From: Patescibacteria group bacterium
Lineage (GTDB): Bacteria > Patescibacteriota > Patescibacteriia > Patescibacteriales > JBAZCA01
Reading direction: 5' to 3'
DNA length: 64,000 bases
Assembly: GCA_041671125.1 (NCBI GenBank)
Contig: JBAZCA010000001.1
Location: 72,120-136,119 of the forward strand
Below, in pieces: positions 1-7,841 of this stretch; the first letter of the stretch is position 1, and each line of letters starts with the position of its first letter. Position numbers and translations under genes: made by a program. The notes under the pieces were generated by a model, which saw only the letters and a program-made list of their open reading frames with translations, had not been told where the DNA came from and searched no databases.

Positions 1-147
1 ATATTTCTCCGCCATCTGCTGGCTTAAAAAACAAATTCCGCTCGGCGCCCCGTCCCGATTCTTAAGAATGGACCGAATATTAAGTTCGTCATCACCGGCT
101 TTTTTAAACCACCTCCCGATTATAATTTTTTTATTTTCTTCTTTCAT
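1..147 (-). CDS. HEPN-domain protein (HepT-like toxin partner), N-terminal 49 codons only; runs off the window
   Basis: Not in the ORF track (edge). ATG at 147 lies 4 nt after the MNT stop. Translation MKEENKKIIIGRWFKKAGDDELNIRSILKNRDGAPSGICFLSQQMAEKY shows a HEPN-like N-terminus. Confidence 0.6.
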   Translation of the reverse strand, partial: MKEENKKIIIGRWFKKAGDDELNIRSILKNRDGAPSGICFLSQQMAEKY

Positions 148-150
148 GGC

Positions 151-459
151 TTATTTCGCGAATAACACCTTGCCCTCTTTAGCTATTTTAGAAACAAAAG
201 GCTCTTCCAATCTTAGTTCTTCTCTTGGCTTGGATGGAGTATATACAATCAAGTCTATAGGAAAAGGACGAGGCCATATGGAACGGTCTATTTCCATAGC
301 CGTATTCATAGTATTATCCGTCTCTTTAATTATAAACAAATCCACATCGCTGTCTTTATGCGGCTTTCCCCAAGCGTGAGAGCCGAAAAGGATTATTTTT
401 TCCGGCTTATACTCTTTGGCAATTTTATTGGTTATTTCCCTGATTTTTTTCTCGGACAT
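151..459 (-). CDS. Minimal nucleotidyltransferase (MNT-type antitoxin partner of HEPN)
   Basis: 102 aa with the pol-beta NTase motif LFGSHAWGKPHKDSDVDLFI. Immediately upstream of the HEPN ORF on the same strand. Confidence 0.8.
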   Translation of the reverse strand: MSEKKIREITNKIAKEYKPEKIILFGSHAWGKPHKDSDVDLFIIKETDNTMNTAMEIDRSIWPRPFPIDLIVYTPSKPREELRLEEPFVSKIAKEGKVLFAK

Positions 460-641
460 ATTTTTCGCTTATAGCATAAATATAGCAAAGGATGCATTAA
501 CAGTCAATGAATAAAAACCGTTCAAACTTTTTCCAATCTCAACATAACTATTATTAATATCTACGGTTCAAGTATTTTATCAGCGTCCTCAGTGATAACC
601 TGACTACCGGCCGACAGGTCAGCGGTTCAGACAATTTTCCC

Positions 642-700
642 AAAAAAAAGCGAGGCGAGGTCAGAATGATCGGTGTATTGATCATCCTGAACCTCGCCTC
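642..700 (-). terminator. Rho-independent terminator of the 737..1411 gene
   Basis: Arms gaggcgaggtcagaatgatc / gatcatcctgaacctcgcctc. On the minus strand they are followed by a U8 run (A-run 642-649). Confidence 0.8.
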
Positions 701-736
701 TTCGTGTTGCAGCTCCGTCCGAGCATTTACGACCTA

Positions 737-1411
737 CTAGAGGTCATCAACGCTTTTCAGGCCGCCGCCGCCCTTTTTCTGCGCCTCGCGGATGAGATCC
801 TGGTGGGCGTCCCAGGCGACCTTCCAGCCCTTCAAACCCATAATCGACTTCACAGAAGATACTATTTCGCCAGCAACAACGGCCATCAGCTTGTGTTTAT
901 GGCCGGTAGGGTGCTTTCGATCAGCCTTAGCGAAGTAAATTTCGTTCGTCCAGGCCGGAAGGATGAATCCGCCGTCGCTGGTTTGTGCCTGAAAGGCACA
1001 CAGCTTCGGTACTCCGGATTTGGTCGGGTTGGTAAACTTAAAAGTCACCGACCCTACACCATTTGCCGGAATAGTGGCGGAAGCAAACTCCGTTCCGGCA
1101 TGACTACCATCAGCATTAAAGTAGTCCATTCTGGCGCTCACTGATTCTCCCCCCGAAAAAAACGAAGGATCCTCGTGAACGTAATTGCCATTCGCGTCCA
1201 CCGGTGGCTTGCCCACGTACCGCAGGTGGCCACCCCTGGAGTTTGCATCCCCGGCGGATGCTGTGATAGTGAGAACAATCTCGCTGGCCGTGGCGGCGAC
1301 GACGTTCCGGTTCCCCGAATCGTCACTGCCCGCCAACTCTCCGCTCCAAGCCACCATGGGGGCGGCCAAGCAGAGCACCATTGCCAAAAACACACTCAAT
1401 AACCGGCTCAT
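737..1411 (-). CDS. Secreted hypothetical protein
   Basis: Signal-peptide-like N-terminus MSRLLSVFLAMVLCLAAPMVAWS. AGGAGG lies 5 nt upstream of the ATG. No recognisable domain. Visibly GC-richer than the core genes. Confidence 0.6.
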   Translation of the reverse strand: MSRLLSVFLAMVLCLAAPMVAWSGELAGSDDSGNRNVVAATASEIVLTITASAGDANSRGGHLRYVGKPPVDANGNYVHEDPSFFSGGESVSARMDYFNADGSHAGTEFASATIPANGVGSVTFKFTNPTKSGVPKLCAFQAQTSDGGFILPAWTNEIYFAKADRKHPTGHKHKLMAVVAGEIVSSVKSIMGLKGWKVAWDAHQDLIREAQKKGGGGLKSVDDL

Positions 1412-1496
1412 GAAAACCTCCTATGATTGAGCCAAGGGTCAAGAGAAAGCCTCCCACGAGAACATCTCGCGCTCAGCCTTCCCTGATTCACTGCCT

Positions 1497-1646
1497 CTTA
1501 GTAAGCAGGCGACTGAAATCAATGATCAATTATCAATTTACAATGATCAATGAAATTTTTGATTAAATTTCCAAAATAAATTGAAAATTTAATCATTGAA
1601 AATTCATTGTAAATTGATCATTGATTTAACCCATCTGCCTACTAAG
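1497..1646. repeat. Long AT-rich imperfect inverted repeat, copy 1 of the 'tcaatgatcaattatcaatttacaatgatcaatgaa' family
   Basis: Outer arms cttagtaagcagg / cctactaag. Inner arms pair as ...aatgatcaat...caatgaa / ttcattg...attgatcatt. The 36-nt core 1519-1554 is identical to 14174-14209. Confidence 0.85.
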
Positions 1647-1943
1647 ATTATTTTAAAAGAACATAGCTTCAGACAATTAGACTCATCTGAAATTATTTTC
1701 TTTCAAACCGTTACGAATAGCGCGGTAAAAAAGTGTACTTAGGCGGCCGAAAATGAATGAATCATCCCGACCGCCCTTATGTTAAGCCCAGCGAACCGGG
1801 CAGATTAACTGCTAAATCTTAAACGTCCATCCGTAGCTCCAAAACTGCCCTTGTAGATTAGCGGCAGTGCCCGAATGACCCGTTTTTAAAATGTTTAAAG
1901 AACAGTCTCTCTCCAGCCCGAAAGCCGGAAAAAGAAGCTTTCG

Positions 1944-3722
1944 CTACTTATCACCGATTGGGTAGCTAAATGAATCTACCCCTTCAGGATTTATCGGCGA
2001 AATTCCTCCGCCCTGGCTAGCAACTTCGGCCAAGGCATCCTGCTGTGCCTGCGTCTTGAGTTGGCACTGGCCGTCGTCGCAAGCAGGTGCGGCAGACAGA
2101 GGCAGTGTCTTAGCGGCTTTGCCCGCAACAGGAAAAGTTGTGATCAGCCCTTGAGGGATGTCCTCGTCAGACTTGCCTTCCCCTTTAATCAGCCGGTAAA
2201 TCTTAACCGGATTTACCTGGGCGGTCAACCCGATGCCGGTTGCGTTACTTACTTCGCCGCCTTTCTTATAGCTGGCGGCGCTGCCTTTAACTCCGATGCC
2301 AAAGGCCTTGTCAAAAAAATTGACATACAGTTTGCCGATGCCAACTTTCCGTTCTGGGCCAAATTTTCCGTAGACATCAGCAGTCAAAGTAATCTGCTTT
2401 TTGTCTCCGAACGATACCAGGTCAGCCTCGGCGGCTACGAACGGCCCTTCGTAGCTGGCCTGCTCGGCGGCTAGCCGAGTGACTCTGCCGGTCTTGTCAG
2501 TAAAAGTTGATTTTCCTCGGCTATTGAGCACATGCTCGTAGCCGAGGGTGACCTTATATTCCGAAAGATACTTCTCGTCCTTTCGTGAATAATCGGCCAA
2601 ACCGACCTCACCAACTAGACTATCCCGGTTGAAAGACGACTTTGATTCTCCCGCGGAGTCGGACATAGACATCTTGTCCCAACCCCAGAGGTATCCGAGC
2701 CGGGTAAACGGCTCGCGTCCGCTCGGTGTCATCATCCGGGCTTCGGCGCCGAGGGTAAACTCGCCGCCGTGGAAATTAACCGGAGACTTCACGACACCCT
2801 TGGGGTCGTTCCACTGGCCGGTGTAACCCGAGAGGCGAGTGTACGGACCTGCTGAGTACTTATTTCCCCAGCGGTCGGTGCCGACCTCCCAGCGAACCGC
2901 GCCATAGGTCCAAAAACTAGTGTCGTTGGCGCCGTCGGAGTACCAGGTTCTGTCAGCCCCACCGACTACGTCAACTTGGGGCTTCCTGATGACCTCACTG
3001 TACTGCTTTACTATTTCCTCAGGCGCGCTTGGCGGAGGGGGTGGTGGCAGTGGAGGTGGAGGAGGGATTATTTTCAAAAGTTGCAGGTAAATATTGTTGC
3101 AACTTTTTCCCTCTATTACCCTCAGCGAATAATCCTCGTTCAGAGGAACAACTGCTTTGGGGCCCTTGCTCCCTTTCTCTAGCCGGGTTTTAGTCCAGCC
3201 CTGAGCGCTCTTTCCATAGGTCACGACGGCATAAATCTGGCCGTCAATTTCAACCGTCTGGGTCGAGCTTTCAAGGGCGTTGACCATCCGTTCAACAGTT
3301 GCATTGGACAAATTAACCGGCAACCGCGCCTCCTGAAGACTCTTAGGGAGCTGTTCCAAGGCGGCTTTCACCGCTTCGCTCCTAGACAGCGTGGTCGGAT
3401 TTTCACCCGCCACGGTTTGTGTTAACACCAGTGGCCTCGGAAGCTCTAATTGCTGGCCAGTAAACACCCACAACTTCGGGTGAGTTACTTGACTTTTCCA
3501 GCCAGCCAGAGCTCGGATGCGTTTCGGAGATGCCGAATCAGAGTAATTTTGCTGATATATTTTACCCAGCGTATCACCCTTTTTCACGGCGTATTTCTCC
3601 TCCGTCTGTACCTGAGGCTCAACGACAACAACTTGCTCATCTTTCCCGTCCTCGGCGAGGACGGGATGAACAAGCGCGATTGCCAAGGCAATCGCCAAGA
3701 TGATCTTGAGAAACTTACTCAC
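1944..3722 (-). CDS. Secreted LysM-domain protein with proline-rich linker and beta-rich C-terminal domain
   Basis: GTG start preceded by AAGGAGG. Signal peptide ends ...VHPVLA. LysM-like segment YAVKKGDTLGKIY...FTGQQLELP. Linker PPPPPLPPPPPPS. The C-terminal ~330 aa show an alternating strand-like pattern. Confidence 0.65.
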   Translation of the reverse strand: MSKFLKIILAIALAIALVHPVLAEDGKDEQVVVVEPQVQTEEKYAVKKGDTLGKIYQQNYSDSASPKRIRALAGWKSQVTHPKLWVFTGQQLELPRPLVLTQTVAGENPTTLSRSEAVKAALEQLPKSLQEARLPVNLSNATVERMVNALESSTQTVEIDGQIYAVVTYGKSAQGWTKTRLEKGSKGPKAVVPLNEDYSLRVIEGKSCNNIYLQLLKIIPPPPPLPPPPPPSAPEEIVKQYSEVIRKPQVDVVGGADRTWYSDGANDTSFWTYGAVRWEVGTDRWGNKYSAGPYTRLSGYTGQWNDPKGVVKSPVNFHGGEFTLGAEARMMTPSGREPFTRLGYLWGWDKMSMSDSAGESKSSFNRDSLVGEVGLADYSRKDEKYLSEYKVTLGYEHVLNSRGKSTFTDKTGRVTRLAAEQASYEGPFVAAEADLVSFGDKKQITLTADVYGKFGPERKVGIGKLYVNFFDKAFGIGVKGSAASYKKGGEVSNATGIGLTAQVNPVKIYRLIKGEGKSDEDIPQGLITTFPVAGKAAKTLPLSAAPACDDGQCQLKTQAQQDALAEVASQGGGISPINPEGVDSFSYPIGDK

Positions 3723-4623
3723 TTGCTTGCCCTCCTTTCAGATGTTTACCATATTTTTTCTTCCAGACGGCCTGATCATCATCGTACTGCTGAAGCCGTC
3801 TAAGATAAGCCTCATCGGCCTGGGGGTTTGCCGGTGCTTGGCGCTCGGACTTGAGGTCGCGGAGCACCGATTTAAACCGGGTGTCCGGGGCAGTATCATA
3901 CCCCGGCTGACTAAGGTCGGCGGATCCGACCATTTCCATCAGAATCCCCAGAACCCGACCGCCAGCTATGCTGGCAAGACCCATAGGTCCTGCAGATGCA
4001 GCGGCGGCGTCTTCTGTAGATACGCTACCAATCCGCTCGAGTATTCGCTCTCCTAGTCCTGGGAATTTGAGCCTGGAGATGGATTCGATAATTCCGGCCA
4101 ATTCGGCCATGAGCTCTTTGTGACGCTCACTGCCGAACTCAACCCACTCAATCTTTACCTCAGGGTATTGATTGATTGGGCGGATATGCTTCCAGTTGAA
4201 TCTGGGCATGCCGGTGCCAAAAACCAGTTGCGCATCCGGCGCATACTGGTGTTCGGACGACCTGGAGTTGATGTAGGCCTGCCGGTTCCAGTCCCGGCCT
4301 TTAACATCAATGACCCAGAGGAGGGGTTGGCTCCCTCTCATGATATCAAGGCCACCGACACTTTCCTTCCCAGGCTTATCATCTTTCTCGTCGTTCCGAA
4401 AGATAATATTATGGGCTACTCCCCCGTCGACAACTTCACTCCTAAAAAGGAGTTCGTGCTCGGGAATCAAGACGGAGTAGTATCCCTTTGCGTTGCCCAT
4501 GTTTTTGAAATCCTGGGGGAGGCTATAAAGCTCATTTTTTCCCATCCGCCCGGTGGCACAGCCACTGAGCAGGGTTCCAATTGCCAAAAGTACCAGAATC
4601 CGTAAAACAACTTTCACTTTCAT
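3715..4623 (-). CDS. Lipoprotein, function unknown
   Basis: Lipobox LLSGC after a hydrophobic N-terminus. GAGGAGGAAGG directly upstream of the ATG. 8-nt overlap with the downstream LysM gene suggests translational coupling. Confidence 0.65.
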   Translation of the reverse strand: MKVKVVLRILVLLAIGTLLSGCATGRMGKNELYSLPQDFKNMGNAKGYYSVLIPEHELLFRSEVVDGGVAHNIIFRNDEKDDKPGKESVGGLDIMRGSQPLLWVIDVKGRDWNRQAYINSRSSEHQYAPDAQLVFGTGMPRFNWKHIRPINQYPEVKIEWVEFGSERHKELMAELAGIIESISRLKFPGLGERILERIGSVSTEDAAAASAGPMGLASIAGGRVLGILMEMVGSADLSQPGYDTAPDTRFKSVLRDLKSERQAPANPQADEAYLRRLQQYDDDQAVWKKKYGKHLKGGQASE

Positions 4624-4634
4624 AACCTTCCTCC

Positions 4635-5213
4635 TCAGACTTTCTCAGCCGCCTCACAGGCGGCATTGGCTTCAATGCTCACGGCCTTTGGGTCAGCTAC
4701 GACCCTCTGGCCGATCTCCCGGAGTTCTTCTTCGCGAAGCAACGTTGCGGTCGCCTCAACGAGAGAGCCCTCTCTCTTTTGCCAGAATTTCCGAAGCCCG
4801 CGACGGAGCTCTTTTAAAATCTCGCTCCGCGATTTGGGCTTCTGGTCATCCGGCCAAAGCGGACTCATATACCGCCCGGGAGAAACTTCTAAAACTTCTG
4901 CCTCCCAGTTTACCATCCGGACTTCACCGGGCTCAAGACCCGACTGATCCGTATCCGCGATTTCAAATGGAATAGTTACTATTCGCGGAAACTCGGCAAC
5001 CCCAGAGACTCCATTTCCTTCGACTATGGGCAGACCGCCCTCCCGCACCTTCCAACATACATACAACAGAAGGGGCAGAATTACGACCAACCCGTAAACG
5101 GCCGCAAAGTAAAGGCGACCGCCATTCTCCCACCATGAGGTGGGCGTCACAGCCACGCTCAAGCCGATAAAACCGACGAGCGCGGCCACCGTTACCGGAA
5201 GACGCTTTTGCAT
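4635..5213 (-). CDS. Membrane protein (two N-terminal TM segments), function unknown
   Basis: TM-like stretches VTVAALVGFIGLSVAV and YFAAVYGLVVILPLLLYV. First gene of the GC-richer four-gene minus-strand cluster. Confidence 0.55.
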   Translation of the reverse strand: MQKRLPVTVAALVGFIGLSVAVTPTSWWENGGRLYFAAVYGLVVILPLLLYVCWKVREGGLPIVEGNGVSGVAEFPRIVTIPFEIADTDQSGLEPGEVRMVNWEAEVLEVSPGRYMSPLWPDDQKPKSRSEILKELRRGLRKFWQKREGSLVEATATLLREEELREIGQRVVADPKAVSIEANAACEAAEKV

Positions 5214-5599
5214 CTTCTTCCGCCTTTCTCCCGGAACCTACCGGGTGTCAGGTTGCCGGTACCCGAACCACGGGTTTTCACTTCCGAACCTACGGACGCG
5301 AAATTACCGGCATGTTACTCTAATAAACTTCACCTATATCATCACAGCGCCGAAGCGCTGATGATCCTAAAATTGTCAAAGAAGCAATTTCCTCCCTTAC
5401 CTTCAGTCTTTAATAGAGATTGCCACCCGGTAAAACACCTAGCGGCTTACTTTTAAAGCGCGAGGGCAAAGAAAAAATAAATTTAACTCAACTTTATTAA
5501 TTTACCTTGAATTTCGCAGTATACTATAAACACCCAATACTGACAATTTAACACATTACCTTAGCAGATTTCAGCCTAACCGTCAAGGCCCTGAAAATA

Positions 5600-5624
5600 C
5601 AAAAAAGCGCCTAAATTAGGCGCT
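5600..5624 (-). terminator. Rho-independent terminator of the 5678..6712 gene
   Basis: Palindrome agcgcctaaattaggcgct (5606-5624), followed on the minus strand by a U6 run. Confidence 0.8.
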
Positions 5625-5677
5625 AATATTAAATAAGTTCATATTTTTTAAAACTACTTCCTGTCTATTAATACCCC

Positions 5678-6712
5678 TTACATTAAATTCTCCATGCTCC
5701 CCCGGCTTAAAATATCCTCAATCCGCGGGCGAGTTTCAGCGCGAAATCTTTCGTCTTCCAGAAAAACGGCAGAACCGGAACCATATTGGTCGCGACTACC
5801 TTCGCTGTCCTGAGCGTCCGCGTTTTTAGCCGCGCCAGACTGATCCGGATTTTCAAAAGCCATATTTCGGTTCGCCCGGCCAGTCTGGATATTAAATTCA
5901 TCGGACCGGATAAAACCGGAACCTTCTCCCTGAGCTTCCGCGCGAAGGCTTTCGCTTTGTCCAGGATAATTTTGTCCTTCTTTTTTAGCCGTAAGTACAC
6001 TAGCAAGGCTATGCCAATTATTTTCTTCGCGGCCAGGATTATTAAGAGTATTTTCATAATTTTTTCTCCGGTTAGTTTTTCCTTTCGGCCAAAAAGACAA
6101 GTCGTACTTTTCTTCCGGAAAAAGATAAATATAAGTAAAAGCGATTACGAGACCGATTATAAAAGCCAGACTGAGGTTAAGCGGCAGGTTCGGGCGGACA
6201 GGCCAGTCGGAAACTGCGGGTTTATCAATTACTTTTAATACCACATTTTCCCCGCCGCCGTGGTAATTTTGGTTTTTAGTCACTAAAACAAAATTGATCG
6301 CCCGGGCAATTTTTTCCGCCTCAGCGCGATTCGGATGAAAAACGCTTATATTAATCATTCCCGAATCAAGCCCTGGGCGGGCTTCAGCGGTTTCGCCCCA
6401 TTTTTTTAAAATATCCTTATTATTTTTCTCTTCGCTAAAATATTCCTCATTAATATTAAAGCCGGATTGCAAAACTTCGCCGTAGAATGAATCCGATTTT
6501 ACCACTTCGGCCAAAACCGAGCTTAAGTATTCGTTGGATCGGTTGATGGAATAAATATCGGTTCCGGCCGGAAATTTCTGGTAAACAAGGATTTTGCTGT
6601 CAGCGCCGTATTTAAACCCCCTGATAAGGCTTCCACCCAATCCGAAGATCAATAATAATAGCACCAGCGTTATGATTGTCCCTTTTTTTCTTTTAATCAG
6701 GTTGATGTCCAT
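5678..6712 (-). CDS. Wzz/polysaccharide co-polymerase-like chain-length determinant protein with disordered C-terminal tail
   Basis: N-terminal TM (IITLVLLLLIFGLGG). Second TM preceded by the proline motif PVRPNLPLNLSLAFIIGLVIAF, as in PCP/Wzz proteins. Confidence 0.55.
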   Translation of the reverse strand: MDINLIKRKKGTIITLVLLLLIFGLGGSLIRGFKYGADSKILVYQKFPAGTDIYSINRSNEYLSSVLAEVVKSDSFYGEVLQSGFNINEEYFSEEKNNKDILKKWGETAEARPGLDSGMINISVFHPNRAEAEKIARAINFVLVTKNQNYHGGGENVVLKVIDKPAVSDWPVRPNLPLNLSLAFIIGLVIAFTYIYLFPEEKYDLSFWPKGKTNRRKNYENTLNNPGREENNWHSLASVLTAKKEGQNYPGQSESLRAEAQGEGSGFIRSDEFNIQTGRANRNMAFENPDQSGAAKNADAQDSEGSRDQYGSGSAVFLEDERFRAETRPRIEDILSRGSMENLM

Positions 6713-6727
6713 AGTTAATCCAATTAC

Positions 6728-6814
6728 AAATTACAAATTAAAAATTACTAAAAATATCAATAATATTCATATATCAGGCAAAATTAGTAATTCGTAATTT
6801 TTAATTTGTAATTT
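6728..6814. repeat. AT-rich spacer hairpin (21-bp perfect stem)
   Basis: aaattacaaattaaaaattac (6728-6748) is the exact reverse complement of gtaatttttaatttgtaattt (6794-6814). The loop is 45 nt. Confidence 0.9.
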
Positions 6815-6971
6815 ATTGACTCATCACCTTAACAGGTTTAGCGGAAAAAGTAAAGAGGGCACCAAACAAAAAAACCTAATTATGAAAATTAGGCTAACAT
6901 TAAAATTATTTCCAATCTACAATTATTTATTAATTGAAGATTGTAGATTGAAGATTGTAGATTAATGCGGA

Positions 6972-7643
6972 TTACAGCAATCCGATTTCATCAATTAAAA
7001 CGATTTTTTTTCCTTCCAGGATGCTATACAAAAACACGTCAGTCATGTCTTTCCGATATCTGTATTCATCCGGATCCATGACCGTAAAATTCAGCTCTTT
7101 TTGGAGCTCTTTTTCCATGTCTTTTATGAGGAGAGAGAATTTGACTTTATTGATCTTGCCGACAACGAGGATATCAACCGGTCCGGCTTCGTTGCCGGCG
7201 AATATCCCTGAAAGAATAAGAAGCTTAAGATTCCCTATCCGCCTTATTTTTGTCGCGAAATCTTTTTCATAGAGGACCTGGGAGCGGATGATAAGATTTT
7301 TAAGCTCGCTTAAAAGGATAAAATCTCGGTTAGCCCGGTAATATTTCCTTTGCTGTTTTAAGAAACCGGTCGGCCGATACGCGGACTTTTTCTTTAATCC
7401 GTCAACCGCCTGCCCGCCGGCAGCCTCTCCGGCATTTTCCTTTTTAACCGGAATTTCAACAATTTCCATGCAGGAATTCAATAGTCCGAAAGCTTCAAGA
7501 TTATCAAGCTCCCTGGCGATTGAATTGACCGCGAGGCCGGAGCGCCGGCTAAGCTCGCGGACATAATATTTTTCTTCGGAGTTAAGAAGGAAAAGTTTTA
7601 AAAGCGATACCCTTGCCTTTGAACCGAAAAGTTTTTGAAGCAT
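6972..7643 (-). CDS. Winged-helix (ArsR-like) transcriptional regulator family protein
   Basis: N-terminus KARVSLLKLFLLNSEEKYYVRELSRRSGLAVNSIARELDNLEAFGLL has HTH/wHTH character. Confidence 0.55.
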   Translation of the reverse strand: MLQKLFGSKARVSLLKLFLLNSEEKYYVRELSRRSGLAVNSIARELDNLEAFGLLNSCMEIVEIPVKKENAGEAAGGQAVDGLKKKSAYRPTGFLKQQRKYYRANRDFILLSELKNLIIRSQVLYEKDFATKIRRIGNLKLLILSGIFAGNEAGPVDILVVGKINKVKFSLLIKDMEKELQKELNFTVMDPDEYRYRKDMTDVFLYSILEGKKIVLIDEIGLL

Positions 7644-7841
7644 ACATTACCGCAGACCTTTATTATTTATGGATTTATAGTATAATATTATCAGCTGTTA
7701 GTAAAGGACTCGCTTTTTGGTTGTTTTGGCGCCCATCATGTCTTTTAAATTAATGACAATAAAATTTTTAATTTTATAATTTTTAATTTTTAAATTAACT
7801 CATTAAAAATTACAAAATTAAAAATTAAAAATTCTGCATAA

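Noticed and set aside
5707-6057. 116-aa ORF overlapping the 3' part of the Wzz-like gene in another frame
   Set aside because: It is on the same strand but in an alternative frame, inside the low-complexity tail of the 344-aa ORF. There is no independent start signal. The longer ORF, with TM and Wzz-like motifs, is preferred.
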